Shown here: positions 23,610-39,199 of the stretch, piece by piece | How positions within the stretch are numbered: the stretch's first letter is position 1 | How the letters are laid out: each line of letters starts with the position of its first letter | Program-made: the position numbers and the translations under genes | From: Camelus ferus | Lineage: Eukaryota | Assembly (NCBI RefSeq): GCF_009834535.1 | Contig: NC_045697.1 | Coordinates: 97,652,001 to 97,716,000 of the forward strand | Direction: 5' to 3' | DNA length: 64,000 nucleotides | The notes under the pieces: model-generated | What the model saw: only the letters and a program-made list of their open reading frames with translations | Told to the model about the DNA's origin: nothing | Database searches by the model: none

Positions 23610-26345
23610 ATTTATCATGAAAGCTTTTTCTGCACGTATTGAAATAATTAGGTAATTTTCTTCCTTTATTTAGTGATATGGTGAATCAAATGTATTTTTA
23701 AATATTTTTATTAATAGACCTTATTTGTTAAAGCAGTAATGAGTTTACAGAAAAGTGAACAGAAAGTACAATTCCTATATGCACCCTCTCCCGCCACCAC
23801 AGTTTCCCTGATTATTTACATCTTGTACTGCTATGGTACATTTGTCACAAGTGATGACCCAACATTGATACATTATTATTTAAGACCATAGTTTACATTT
23901 GGGTTTATTCTTTGTTTTGTATAGTTTGATGGCTTTTGCCAAATGCATAACATCATGTATCCACCACAATGGTATCATCCTGAATAGTTTTACTGCCCTG
24001 ATAATCTCCTAAACTTGACCTATGCATCCATTTGCCCTCTGCTCCCCAACCACGGGAAGCCTGATCTTTTAACTGATCTTTTTACTGTCTCTACAATTTT
24101 ACATGTTCCAGAATGCCATATAGTTGGAATTATACAGTATGAAGACTTTTCAGACTAGATTTTTCACTTAGCAATATGCATTAAAGTCCCTTCATCTCTT
24201 TTTATGGCTCAAAATCTCATCTTTTTTCATCACTGAGTAATAGTCCATTCTATGGACCTACCAGTTTGTTTATCCATTCACCTGTTGAAGGACACCTTGG
24301 ATACTTTGTTGCTTCTCAGTTTTGGTAAAGCTGCTATAAACATTTGTATGCAGGACATAAGTTTGTTTGTTTTGGACTTAAGTTTTCAATTTATTTAGGT
24401 AAACACCTAGGAGTACAATGGATGGATCATATGGTAGGATTATGTTTGCTTATAATAAATTGCCAAACCAACTTCCAAAATGGCTATGTGATTTTGCGTT
24501 CCCCTCAGCAACATAGAGTTCCTGTTGCTCCACATCCTCACTAACATTTAATGTTTAGGTATTGTGGATTTCAGCCATCCCAATAGTGGAGTGGTATCTC
24601 ATTGTTGTTTTAATTTGCATTTCCCTGATGACATATGATGTGGAGCATCTTTTCACATGCTTATTTTCCATCTGCATATCTTTTTTGTTGAGGTATCAGT
24701 TAGTCTTTGGCCCATTTATTAATCAGATTATGCGTTTACTTCTTATTAAGTTTAAAGAGATCTTTGAATCTTCCAAATACAAGATTGATTTTTTTATGTT
24801 AAAGCTGTATTTCTGGGATAAACTCCACCTGGTCCTAATATATTATTCTTTTTATATATTGTTGGATTTTATTTGGTAATATTTTATTAAGGAATTTGCA
24901 TTGATGTTCATGAAGTTATTTCAAGTTAATTTTTTGTGATGTCTTTACCTGGTTTTAGAGGAATCTTAGCCAAATAAAATGAGTTGGGAACTACTTCCTA
25001 CTTACCTATTTGTAGAAAGCATTCATCTTGGCTTAGTATTTCTTCTTTTTAAAAATTTTTGTATTGAAGTACAATCAGTTACAATGTGTCACTTTCTGGT
25101 GTACAGCACAATGTGCCAGTCATGCATATACATACATATATTCGTTTTCATATTCTTTTTCATTAAAGATTGTTACAAGATACTGACTACAGTTCCCTGT
25201 GCTAGACAGAAGAAATTTTTCAAAAATCTTTTCCTTCTTAAATATCTGATACAATTCAACAATGAAACAATCTGAGCCTGAAGTTTTCTTTGTGGGAAGG
25301 TTTTGATTACTATTTCAATTATTTTAATAGATATATGAGGATTAAATTTTTCTATTTAAGATTTATTTAAGATTTCTTTTACTAGTTTTGGTAATTTATG
25401 TCTTTAGGAATTTCTCTTCATTTGTCAATATTATTGGTGTAAAGTTGTTCTAATGTTCCCTTACACTTGTAATTTTTGCAGGATTTTCAGCAGGGCCCAC
25501 TGTTTCATTCTTGGCATTGATAATTGTATTCTCTCTCCTTTTTTCTTAATCTCAGTCTAGGGAATGATCAATTTTGTTGATGTTTTCTAACAACAACTTT
25601 GGACTTTAAAATTTTTTCTCTATTCATCTGTTTTCTATTTTATTAATTTCTAATCTTGTTTTTATTTTCTACCATTCTACTTACTTAAGTTTCATTGTTT
25701 GTTTTCAAACTTCACAAGGTGGGAGATTAGGTAATTAATTTCAGACTCTTTCTTCTTTTCCAAAAGAAACATTTAAAGTTAAACATTTCCTTTTAAGTGT
25801 TTCTTTAGATAAATGCTTCAGATTTTGGTGTTTTATTTTTATAATTACCTAGTTCAAAATATTTTCTAATTTTCTTTATTATTTATTTTTTACCTGTGAG
25901 ATATGTGTGATTTGTCAGATTTCCAGATAGTTGAGTGCTTTTCTGAATGTTACATTTTTACTGCTTTCTAATTTAATTCTATTGTATGTAGTCAAAAAAG
26001 ATTTCTTGGGAGATTCATTATTTGTTTTTGAAATCTATTGAGACTTATTTTATGGTGCAGCAGATAATCTTCCTTATTGAATGTGTTGTGTGTACTTGAA
26101 AAGAATGCACATTCTGTAGTTATTGGATGCAGTGTTCTTTAAATGTTAATTTGGCTAAGATAGTTGATAGTGTCAATCAGATGTTCTCTATCCTTAATCA
26201 TTACTTTTGTCAAGTTCCTCTATCAATAACTAAGAGAAGTGTGTTAAGGTCCCTAAACATTATTGTGAATTTGTTGATTTCCCCTATAAGTACTGTCAAT
26301 TTTTGCTTCATATATTTTAAAGCCCTATTATTAGGTGATATACTT
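23610..26345 (-). mobile_element. Composite old LINE-1 ORF2 remnant with nested L1 3' ends (~23700-24765 and ~25050-25225)
   Basis: L1 antisense motifs throughout. ORF 26210-26581 ends in an endonuclease-like YMKQKLTVLIGEINKFTIMFRDLNT. The 25050-25225 piece matches the young L1 tail seen at 33590. Confidence 0.8.
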
Positions 26346-28430
26346 TTATAATTCAGAAAAGTATATTTAATATGGTACCAATTTTGTGAAAAAATAAATG
26401 ACCAAAACATTCTGTATCTATCTAAATATACACACACACACTTACATGGGGGAAATGATGTATGGAAGAACACACAATATATTTGAAAGAAGACAAGAAG
26501 GAAGATGGCAAGTAAAATGTACAGTTTAGGAGAATTTTTTAATTGAAATTTTACCACACTTGTAATAATGATAGAATACATTGTAATACTACTACTTAGA
26601 ATTCAAATTACGAATTAATATTTTCAAAATTACTAACAGTTGGTAAATATAAATCCTTATTCTCATATAAATATACGTACACCTGTACATGCAATACATA
26701 TGCGCACACACACACATTGTAGTAAGAAGACAAGATTGAATGTTATTTATTCATCTGAAGAGATTTGGTTTTAAAATATGAAGGGTTAGTTTCTGCATTT
26801 TGGTTTGTTGTTACATTTTAATTACTGTTAGTGAAAAATATAATATAACTCTTAAAATTTCAATAATCATAAAAACTAATTTAAAAATATTTATTGGGTT
26901 CCAGGCAGTCTTCTGAATGACTTGTGTTGTTTCATGAAAATAATTTTAGGAATAAAGAAATGCAATTAGAATAACTGTGTAACTTTTCCCTATCTTGCAT
27001 ATTTTACCATTCCAAAAGAAAAGAAATATAGTTATACTTTTCTCCAATATAAATTGCTTCTGTATCATAAAATTAAATCAATGTCACAGCCATAAAAAGC
27101 AGTATCAGTCTCTCCAAACTAGCTAACATCGTCATGCTGAACAGCAAATAAAAGTGGCTTACATTTTCCTAAGAGACTTGGTACTTTCCCTTAGCTAAAC
27201 AAGTAACTCATGATTTGAAGATGGCATTTTATTAGGAAAAAAAGGATAAAGTCTCTTGCTATATATAGTTTTGCTTAGTAATTGTGAGTTTATTCTAATA
27301 CATGAGTACATGAATTTATTATTTATATTAAAATTGTAAGTACTCTCAAAGGAACAAAGCTAGAAAAAAATGTTTCTATGCCAAAAATCTACATGAAAGA
27401 ATTTAAACATTATTCATATCACTTCACTGGATTCATTTCATTTTGGAAATCATCTTGAGTCTTTAAAAATAAACTAAAAATTGAATTAAATTGATTTTGA
27501 ATTAATATCAGGGCTCACAGCAAAATTACCACATCTGAAGGACAGTATTGCAACTACTGCAAATAGTAAAAATGTATAAATTTGGTATTCATTATTTTTG
27601 TGGAATACTAATGTAAACTAGCATACAGTCTTTATTTTGATTAGTGCAATTGTGTAAACATTTAGATTCATTTATGAATTCAACTCAATAGAATTCAATA
27701 AATATATGTTGAACATCTATAATGTACAAAAACTAGGCTAAATACTGCAAAATATAGAGCTAAGCAATAATAATGAATGTTAAATATAATGATAAACACA
27801 ATCAGTAGCATTAGATACTCAAACTGCTATAGATTTTTGGAGGAAGGGAAAAACTACATGACACTTGATGGGTTAAATTCTTCAGTGTTATGGAAATGAT
27901 AGAGGAAACAAGAGAGAATGAAGATAAAGAAGAGAGTATGAAGATGCCTACCTTGCCAGGATATTTCTTTCTTTATTAATATTCATGACAAACCTGAAAT
28001 GTTGGTACTTTACACTTCATTTTAGAGATGAAGATTAAAGAATTGAAGAAATCTTCTTTCCATTATTCCATCAGAAACTTCCAGGGGCTCCCACAAGTGT
28101 TCCTCTTCCAAAATCTAGAACAACTTAGAATCTATCTAGTTTTCTGTGTTCTCCTTTTTCTTATTAAACAAACCCCAAATTGTCAAGCTATTTTTGAGAC
28201 AGTCTAGAGAGTAGAGCAATTTTTTATTCATAAGCATTCTTGTGTCCATCAGACACAGATGTACAGCCTCTTTTACCCACTGCCCACCCTTTTCTGAAAG
28301 AGTTTTACTGATAATCACCTTGAGCCACTGTGAAAGGATGAAAAGATAATAATCAGAAAATTCTGGAGGTAATAGGGTATTTTAGAGCTGGTTTTTCTGA
28401 TCCTTATTCACACTTTTTTCAGAAAATAGC

Positions 28431-28923
28431 TGTGATGGGCAGCAGTGATGCCCACCCCTTGATATTCATGCCTTTGTGTAATCCCCTTCAATGTGGGCTG
28501 AATTTATCAACCCCCTTCTTACAAAGAGAATTGGCAAAATGATGATATGTCACTTCTGAGATCAGACAATAAAATGATAACTTTGGTTACCCTGGGGAAA
28601 AGCAACTGCCACATCATGAAGTATCCTTTCATGTTGCATTATTCCTTTATGAAGCATGATGAGGCCCATAGGGCAAGGGACTGAGGCCAGCCACCAACCA
28701 TATGAGTGAGCCTGTAAATTGGATCCCACCCCACAGTAGAGCCTTCAGATGAGACTGCAGCCCCAGTTAAGAGGTAGACTGAAATCTCAAGAGAGACCAA
28801 ATTCAGAGGCACCTAATTAAGTTATGACCAGATCCAGACCCACAGAATCTGGGAGTAAGAGATATTTGTTATTTTCGAATGGCTGAATTTTGAGATATTT
28901 GGGTACATAGCAATAGATAAACA
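28431..28923 (+). mobile_element. MaLR solo LTR (MLT1F-like)
   Basis: tgtgatgggcag...tgtcacttctgagat...gagccttcagatgagactgcagcccc...agcaatagataaaca. Confidence 0.8.
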
Positions 28924-30399
28924 GTACTGTAGCATAAAACATTGTTAGACTCTCACACTCTTTCACTTCTTAATGACACAGCAATCTTCTCTCCAACCCA
29001 AATGTTCCAAATTGTCATGGAGCATCTAAACCTGCTGAACTCAACATGTGAAGTCACTATTCAAGTACCCACATTAGGTAACCAAAGTCAGTAGTAACTA
29101 TTGGAATTAAATTTGAAATAAATCAAAATATATGAGAAAAAACATATACTGTCTTGGAAATAGGAATGTAATTTGAGAAAATGTTTTGTTTTTATGCATA
29201 CTCTGTAAAAAGACACAGACAATGTAGTTCTTAAGACCCAGATAATACCAAAACAATCAAAACACTTCAAATAACAATATTACAGATATATAGCACATTT
29301 TCCCCTCGGTATCATGCATATTTTTTACATTTACATAATGGATGTAGGGATACTTAATATGTTATTGGGAATGTATATTAACACAATTTAATACAGAACT
29401 TGAATTTCGTATTGTGGTATATTTTATACTGAATATGATATATGATAATGTCATATATAGATGAGACGTAAGGCTGCAAGCTTTGGAAAAGGATAGAATT
29501 GTTAAATATGTTAATGCACTCATCCATTACTTTTACATCAAGTTCATTTTATATTTTAATTATTCTGTGTCCTGAGTATTTTGCAAGGCCTTACATCAAA
29601 GTCTAAAACATGATTTGACTTCTATTTGTAGATAACAAAGGTCACTTTGTCTACCTTCTTCCTGAATCCAATTCTTTAAGACAAGGAAATGAGAAATAGA
29701 AAAGAAAATTCATCTATGATACACTGAGGATGAAACACACAGGGAAAAAAAAAAATAAACATGGAGTAAGGTTGCCAACAGCAGAGTATTGGACCAGAGC
29801 GATAAAGAGAGACAAGAGAGGAAACTGTCTCAGTGTATCTGGAGCAGAGTGAGAGGAACACAGAGAAATATACACACACTGTAACTTTCTGAGAGGCCAT
29901 TTCTAAGTGTCCTTGATTGAAATTACAATATATGTATAAACAAGTAAGAAGATGGCCTTAAACCATATTTATCTCAGAGGTAATTCAGGGGAAAGGGGTT
30001 GAGAAGGATCCACCTGGACATACTGTCTTTGCAAGAAGCATGCTGTTGGGAGGAAGGATAAAGCACCTTTGGGGAGCTGGCAGCCCTGCAGTTTTCCATC
30101 TTGTCTGCTAAAAAGAAGAAAATGCCGTATTATCATACAATAGGTCTGTGAAGCAAGACAGAGAACCAAGGGGATTGTTTGCTACCTCAAGGATGGAGAA
30201 ATCAAGAAACCACAAGAAAAAAATATTCAGTCTGGGCTTTTATAGTTCATGGACCTTACCCCTCTCTCAAAAACACTTTGAAAAGCTAGACCATGGAGAA
30301 CTGTCTCTATTCAGGCATGAGTGAAATCTAGAAGGGATTGAGCAGAGCACGTATGCCAAGACACTCCAAAACAAATGACCTGGGGTGGACCAAAAAAAG

Positions 30400-32150
30400 A
30401 CAAATGAATTCTACCATAAAGTAGGTCAAATCTTAAAAATTAACATTGAATACAAAGAACAATGAAAGATATGGCCTCTCTGAAATAATTGTCCAAAAAA
30501 GCAATGACAAGATAACATATAGAGATGAAAAGTAAGCAAACTAGTTCCAGGAAGTAAATGAAAAAGCTAAAGAAAACATATAATGAAAATTCAAATAATA
30601 TCAGTCAGTAAAAGGGTTATCGAGCAAAGGTTTGAAAATGTGCAAAATCAAATTAGAAACAAACACTGTAAAGAAGTAGAAAGATGATGAGCAATATGGA
30701 AAGTAGCATGTAAGAAATTAGTGTTTGTAGGGAACAGAATACATGAACCTAGAAAAAAATTTGTATATATAATCAAAGAATTTTTTAAACGAAGGCCTGT
30801 ATTATTACCTTAAATAGTCCACACTGTCCCAAAAAGAGGAGAAAAAAAGATTATCAGGCTAATCCTCATGAAGTTATAGAACTTCAGTAACAAACAGTAA
30901 AATTATAAGGGAATTTAGGTAGATGATCAAGTCACTTAAAAGGAGGATAAAAAATATAGAGCTCATATCAGACTTGTCGTTAACACCATTCAGTGCTAAA
31001 TACTATGGAGCAATGTCTACAATGTTCTTAGGGCTATATCAGAAAGCATAATATTTTATACTCTTCACGTGCCAATAATTCAGTAATTCAAATTGTAGGT
31101 CCACCAACTATAGTATGTAAACTTGAGCCAATCACTTAAATTCTCAATATCTCAGTTTCCTTATCTCTAAAATGCAGATGATAGTACTTTTTTCAAAAGG
31201 TTACTTCCAGAATTAATACTTATGGAAGACTTAGAATGAAATCAGCTACATAGTGAGTATTATACATATATTAAATAATTAAGGAGCATTAAAATTAACA
31301 AAGCAAGAACTCTCTAGAAAAAACACCAGGAACTTAAACTTACCTATTAGTCAATAATAGATGAAATAGTTCCAATAAAATTAAGTATATATAAGAACTA
31401 AATAATATATTTATGATAGGATACAAAGATATAGAAATGTATTTATGTACTTCTACATGCTAAACACACAGAGCATACTTTGAAATCACTCAAGCTTTTT
31501 AATTTAAGAATTCATTTTTCCAGAATTCTTAGAAATTATTGTTAAAGGACCACTTTTATCTGAATGAAGTGTAATAACATTAGAAATGAATACATTAACA
31601 AAAATGGAAATTGAACACAGACCAAATAAATACCAGCTAAAAATGTAAAATCAAATCTTAACTGTTAGTTCATAAAATTAAAAAAAAACTGAAATTGCAG
31701 AATACAAAGGCAGAACACTATCAGTTCTTTTGTGATATCTGGTGAAAATGTTCAGATAAAAAATACTATTCATACTATTATGTACTTAGGTTATAAGAAA
31801 AAGGAAAAAATGGAAATGAAGGAAAATACTGAGTTTAAAATAATTTGAAAAGCAGCAAAACATAATAATGGAGAAGAAAATAATTTTAAAAGATAAAAGC
31901 AAAATTTATAAAATAGAAATCAGAAAAATGGCAAAGCTTAAGCACAAATGATAATAGAAAAGTTAATGGCAGAATGTAAGACTTCTTTACTTCTCTCAGC
32001 TCCATATGAGTTAATTTGAAAAACTGCATTAGAAAAACGACCCAAAAGAAATGGAAATCTAAAAGAACAATTCTAAAGAATTGTTTGAGAAAACTATTAA
32101 AGGTTATCTTTCAAAAATGTTATGCCATGTATGAAATACAAAAGAGAAAC
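30400..32150 (+). mobile_element. Very old L1/HAL1-like ORF1-ORF2 remnants with a MIR insertion (~31090-31270)
   Basis: A-rich plus strand with ORF1-like motif atcagacttgtc...tggagcaatgtctacaa. MIR core tcacttaaattctcaatatctcagtttccttatctctaaaatg. Confidence 0.5.
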
Positions 32151-33574
32151 AATATTCATCAGTGTGATTTTAGATAATGATAGTTTACTCTTTTTCATTG
32201 GTGTGTATTCACTGCACAAATGTAACACTTATTCTATGGTTACTTCTAATTTTTGACTATTACAAATAAAATTGTTAATGAACATTTTTTTATCTGTCTT
32301 TGGCACACATATGCACTCATTTCCCTTGAGAATCTACCTAGGAGACGAATTGCTGATTGGAAATACTTTTGGCAGTATTCACTAAACAGTCTGATTGTAC
32401 CTGTTTACACCCTCACTAACTATGCAAGCATTTTCACTTGCTACAGAAATCCTTGCTGACATTTGATATGGGCAGACTTTCTATTTTAGCCATTGATGGG
32501 TGTGTATTGATATCTTCTTGCAGTTTAATTAGTTATTCTCAGATTACTAATGATAAATACCTTTTATATAATTATTATCATTTTAATATATTCTTTTGTG
32601 AAGTGTCTCAAGCCTTTCACCCATTTATTGTTTAGACTTCCTCACTGATTTGTAGAAGTTCTTTATAAAATTTGAGTATAAGTCCTTTTTGAGTTGTATG
32701 TATTTTAAATGTCTTCCAATCCATGACTTCCTTTTAATTCTCTTACTGCATCTTCTGATGAACAGAAATTCTTAAGTTTAATTCTTAAGTTTAAGCTTCT
32801 TTCAATACTCCATTGCTGTGTAATTACATACCATCAAAATGAGCAGCTTAATACATTATATTATTTACTCACAATTCTGCAAGTGGGGAGGGAATTGTAA
32901 TCCCTGGTAATTGTGCTTCTTGCTTGATAACTTGCTTCCCATAACATAAAAGCAGCATGATGTCTTATCTTCCACATTCTTTTAAGGTACATCAAAGGGA
33001 CAAAATTGTGCAAAGACACCTGAACAAAAATTCTCATTGTAGGAGTTTATATTAGCAAAATGCTGGAAATGAATCAAATGTTCATTAATATAGGGCTCAA
33101 TAAATGTATCATAATACATTTGTATAAGGAAATACTCATTCTGCTGACGTTAAAATAATGAAGTAGATCTAATGATTGACGATCTGGAATAAGCCAAAAT
33201 ATATATTGGATTATGTACTGAAAATAGAAAACTGCATGAGAGAAAACATATATATATATGTGTATGTGCAAAAGATGATCTCATTTTTCTTAGAAATATA
33301 AATGTATTTGTGCATATTCATAAGCAAATTATTGTAAGATGCACAAAATAATAACAATGTTTGCATATCAAAAAGAACCCAGTGGAACCTTGTATAGAAA
33401 GGAATCTCTCCTTTTAACCCCTTTTTTATTTATCATATACATATATTTATTTTCTAATAGAACATTATTAATAAAAACATGTAAAGGATTAGCAAAGTAA
33501 ATGGTACTAAATGTGTGCGAATATATACATACACAACTAACATGCCTGTCATAAATAAGTTGTTGTTTTTGGTT

Positions 33575-36445
33575 TTTCCTGTTTTGTTTAAACTGAAGTA
33601 CAGTCAATTACAATGCATCAATTTCTACTTCACAGCACAATGTCCCAGTCATGCATATACATACATATATTCATTTTCATATTCTTTTTCATTAAAGGTT
33701 ATTACAAGATATTGAACATAGTTCCCTGTGCTATACAGAAGAAACTTTTTAAAATCTATTTTTATATATAGTGGCTAACATTTAATCTCAAACTCCCAAA
33801 TTTAACCCTTCTCACCCCCTTACCCCAGTAACCATAAGTTTGTTTACTATGTCTGCAAGTCTCTGTTTTGTAGATGAGTTCATAGTGTCCTTTTTTTTTT
33901 TTTTTTACATTCTACATATGAGTGATATCATATGGTATTTTTCTTTCTCTTTATGGCTTACTTCACTTAGAATGATGATCTTTGGATCCATCCATGTTGC
34001 TGCAAATGGCATTATTTTATTCTTGTTTATGGCTGAGTAGTATTCCATTGTATAACTATACCACAACTTCTTTATCCAGTCATCTATTGATGGACATTTA
34101 GGTTGTTTCCATGTCTTGGCTGTTGTATAGAGTATTACCATGAACATTGGGGTGCATGTATATTTTCAAATTAGAATTCCCTGCAGATACAGACTCAGAA
34201 GTGGGATTGCGGCTTATATGATAGGTCTATTTTTAGTTTTTTGAAGAATCTCCATACTGTTTTCCCTAATGGCTGCATTCCCACCAGTAGTGTAGGAAGG
34301 TTTCCTTTTCTCCACACCCTCTCCAGCATTTATCATTCATAGACTTTTGAATGATGGCCATTCCTGACTGGTGTAAGGTGATACCTCATTATAGTTTTGA
34401 TTTGCATTTCTCTGACAATTAGTGATATTAAGCATTTTTTCATGTGCTTATTAGTCATTTGTATGTCTTCATTGGAGAATAGATTGTTTAGGTCCCTCTG
34501 CCCATTTTAAGATTGGGTTAATTGTTTATCGTTATTAAGTTGTATGAGCTATTTATATATTCTGGAAATTAAGCCTTTGTCATTCCAATTATTTGCAAAT
34601 ATTTTCTCCCATTCTGTAGTTTGTCATTTTGTTTTGATTATGATTTCCTTTGCTGTGCAAAAGCTTGTAAGGTTAATTAGGTCCCATTTGTTTATTTTTG
34701 CTTGTATTTCTATTGCCTGGGTAGACTGCCCTAGGAGAACATTGCTAAGATTTATATCAGAGAATGTTTTGCCTGTGTTGTCTTCTAGGAGATTTATTGT
34801 ATGTTGTCTTATATTTAAGTTTTTAATCCATTTTCATTTTATTTTTGTGTATGGAGTAAGGGAGTGTTCTAACTTCATTGATTTACATGCTGCTATCCAG
34901 TTTTCCCAACACCACTTGCTGAAGTTCTTGCCTCCTTTGTCAAAGATTAATTGACTATAGACCTATGGGTTTATTTCTGGGATTTCTATTCTGTTCCTTT
35001 GACCCATATGTCTGTTTTTATGCCAGTACCACACTGTTTTGATTACTGTAGCTCTGTAATATTGTCTGAAGTCTAGGAGGGTTATTCCTCCAGCTTCATT
35101 CTTTTTCTTCAATATTGCTTTGGCAATTCTGGGTCTTCTATGATTCCATATAAATTTTAAGATAGTTTGTTCTAGTTCTGTTTAAAAAAAAATCCTAGGT
35201 AATTTGATGGGGATTGCATTAAATCTGTAGATTGCCTTGGGCAATATGGCCATTTTAACGATACTGATTCTTCCTATCCAAGAGCATGGTCTATCTTTAC
35301 ATTTTTGTAAGTCATCTTTAACTTCCATAACCAGTGTTTTTTAGTTCTCCATGTATAAGTCTTTCATCTCCTTGCTTAGATTGATTCCTAAGTATTTTAT
35401 TGTTTTGGATGCAGTTTTAAAAGGGATTGTCTTTACTTTCTTTACCTGCTAATTCATTGTTAGTATAAAGAAATGCAACTGATTTTTGTGTGGTAATCTT
35501 GTATCCTGCTACCTTGCTGAATTTTTTTTATCATCTCTAGTAGTTTTTGTGTGGAGCTTTCATGGTTTTCTATATATATAGTATCATGTCATCCACATAC
35601 AGTGACAATTTTACCTCTTCTCTTCCAGTTTAGATCCCTTTTATTTCTTTTTCTTTTCTGGTGCTGTGGCTAGGACTTCCAAGACTATGTTGAATAGAAG
35701 TGGTGAGAGAGGGCGTCCTTGTCTGGTTCCAGATTGTAGTGGGAAGGCTTTCAGTTTTTCACTGTTTAGTACTATGCTGGCTGTAGGTTTGTCATAAATA
35801 GCTTTTATTATGTTGAGATATGATCCCTCTATACCCACTTTGGTGAGAGTTTTTATCATAAATGGGTGTTGAATTTTATCAAATGCTTTTTCTGCATTTA
35901 TTGAGATGACCATGTGGTTTTTGTCCTTTCTTTTGTGGATGTGGTGTATCACATTGATTGATTTGCAAATGTTGAACCATCCTTGTGTCCCTGGGATGAA
36001 TTCAACTTGATCATGTTGTGTGATCTTTTTTATGTGCTGTTGGGTTCTGTTTGCTAATATTTTGCTGGGGATTTTTGCATCTGTGTTCATCAAACGTATC
36101 GGCCTGTAATTTTCTTTATCCGTAGCATCTTTATCTGGTTTTGGTATCAGGATGATGGTGGCTTCGTAGAATGAGTTTGGGAGTACTCCTTCCTTTTCAG
36201 TCTTCTTGAAGAGTCTGATGAGGACTGGTATGAGTTCTTTGCACTTTTGGTAAGATTCCCCAGTGAAGCCAACTGGTCCTGGATTTTTGTTTATAGGGAG
36301 GTCTTTTTATTGCTAATTCTATTTCATTTCTAGTGATCAGTCTGTTCAAGTGGTCTGTTTCTTCTTGATTCAGTCTTGGTGGACTGTATGTTTTCAGAAA
36401 CTTGTCTATTTCTTCTAGGTTGTCCAGTTTGTTTCCATATAGTTG
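33575..36445 (-). mobile_element. Relatively young 5'-truncated LINE-1
   Basis: ORF2 fragments 33905-34147 (AKTWKQPKCPS), 35641-36093 ([12 protein letters not shown]...[21 protein letters not shown]) and 36197-36535 (NKLDNLEEIDKFL). Degenerate agttgtt..gttttt repeats at both ends may be a TSD. Confidence 0.93.
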
Positions 36446-39199
36446 TTTGTTTTTGTTTTTAAAGTTTATACTTCTGCCTATGTATTTCTGAGTACACAAA
36501 AGAAGAAGAAAACTGGGTGGTGATAATACAAACAAGATGAGAATGCTAGCAGAATTTGAACATAATGAGGAACACCCTCAGGCAAAAATAAATTTTCTGG
36601 AGGATGTTTTTAAATGGTTTTGAAATCTTACACAGATAATTGAAAATAGTATGTAGATGAACTGAAATTTACATTGGGCACATGTAAAAACATCCACAGG
36701 AAATTGCATAAATTTCATGATGCCACAGAGTATGTGACAGAATGGAACAGGTGACATCACTGTGTTTCCTATGACAGCTTCTGTCCAGAGGGGTTTTGCT
36801 TATTCTTGTTTATTGTAGACATTTAATCTTGACTTTAATAACCCTGATAGTAACCACCCAGTCTTGTGTTCTATATGCCACATTACTGAAGATGTGAAAA
36901 GGTATTTTTGAGACATTTAAAATGTCTATTTACTTGTTTTTTTTAAAAAAATCATTAAAATGCAGCATTTTGTGGGGTCCTGATGTCAACTTCCTAGTTT
37001 CTCCCTTGGAATCTGGTATAAATATGGGCCAGTCTTAAGGATTTTCTGGTTGTCTTTTCCGTCTTTCCTTTGTATACAATTGAGTTTTCCAATTTATCAT
37101 TTAATTCATCTTTATTAAAATGTCAGATTATTTCTTACTACAGAGTACACAGGAGCGTATTACGCTCCAACAGAGAGACTTTAATTATCACCACATATCT
37201 GATTTCTGAGTCAGTCTCAAAATGTCAGCACTATAAATACTATAAAACATTTGTTTTTCTCCTTGTTTTTGAGAATTTTCCAGTAAATAGACTCATATAT
37301 TGATGAGCTCTGTAGGGTCTAGTACTACATTATTATTAGAGATTACTCTGAAAGTTGTTTTTTTTTTAATCATTTGAATATTTGAGCTGTGGAGGTGGGG
37401 GAGCAGGAGTGTGTTAATGATAATTTTTTTAAATATAGGAAACCTAAATGTGACTTCATATTCAAATAAAACTGTTGGAAATGCAGATTTGAAAAGTAAC
37501 CAAAGCCGTAAGTTTAGCCTGGAGGAGGGCTTCTAGGCAAGCTAGGAAAAAAACTGGCTTCTGTGGACATTTGCCCGTAGGCAGCGTCTTTTGTTACAGC
37601 GGCTGCACAGCCAGCTGAGTCTCCAATTAGGCTCTCTGAGCAACTGCTAAATACTAAGGTTTAATGGCTTCCCCCTCTTTCTCTGTAACCTCTCCCTAGA
37701 GCTGGATGGGAAAAATAAAGTTATAGCCTAGAGAGAGAAAAATGTTCACATTCTATAGCTTTCAACTTTAGAAACTCAGAGCCAGTACCTACGTGTTGCA
37801 GAAGTTTTGATGAGAAGTTAAAAAAAAAAAAAAAGTCAGTACTTTCTGATTCTGGTGATCCTCTGTGATAGGGCCATCACTTGATTTATGGTGAATAAAG
37901 TCATTATGGCAGCGGAGTGAACCAGGAAAATCTAGACTCAAAGATCCAGACCTAAATTATGATAGAGAGTCAGATGTCAAAATGAATTTTCACTTTTTTA
38001 TTGCTTCGTGTATTTTATTTACTGTAGTAAGCACATAGACTGTGAACACATAAATGTCATATGTGTTCTCTTCCTAAAAACAACATGCTCTAGCCTAGTA
38101 GCATTGAAAAGAAAATTCCTAGCAAAATGGCAACATTGCTGATTTAATGTAAACAAAGAAACGGAGCTTGGATGTTGCCTTTGTTATGTAGTGTGGACAG
38201 TAACCTATTTTATGCTTCAATTACTCTATATTGTAAATGTGGAAAATTATGATATTAAGAACGGGTGGAAATACTTAAATTACAAACAAAATAATTATGA
38301 TGTAATCTCCAAGTACAAAGGCAAATGGAGTCACAGCAGCTTCATGAAATATGTAGAGGGTCATGAAGGCACTTACGGAATTAATTGCCTAGTTCTGAAT
38401 TGCAGAACTCTGTGTAAGCATATTACTCACACAGGTAAGAAGGCTGTTCTTCAAGGCATCCGTGTAAACATTTAAATCCCATATTCAGTCTCCAGAATAA
38501 AGCAAGTTTAATAAGCAATGCAAAAATGTCTTTCCTCCTTCGATCCTGAGAATGTATGTCCATTTAGCTTATTATTGATTTTTGGCAATTTATGTTATTG
38601 ATGGGGGGGATAAAAGATAACAAGAATAGGAATAATTGAAATCATTAATATAATACTCAGTTCTCACTTTCGGTTAATACTTTCTGTATTTCATCATTAA
38701 TATTATCACATGATTATTTTTACTTCACCTATATTTATGTTAAAATAAAAGAATACCCAAGGCTATACTCTCTGTAAAAAGGAAATTACAAAATATCTTG
38801 GGGAAAGAATAAAAAAAGAGCATTGATTACAAAATCCAATGCCCAATGCAGCTCTATAAACCAACTACACACAGAACAGGGAAATACAAGAATTAGAAAC
38901 TGGGTGCTGAATGACTGTGAATGCTGAAATTGATTGAAAATTTTGTTAGTGCTATGCACTGTGCTTTGTATACATGATTTCTACATCCCTACATCCCTGC
39001 AGTGTGAGTTTCCTTATGTAATTAGGTAGCTATGTTCAATAAAATTGGCAAATCACCCTTCAGTTTCTTCAGCCAATAGGAGGCAGCACTGGCATCTGAG
39101 GCAAGTTGGCCTTAAGCACAGGTGCTTGCCTTGCTCCTGAGCTGTCCCTCAGGTTTAAGAGAAGGCTTCTGGGTTTATTAGTGAAGAAGAGAAAAGTCT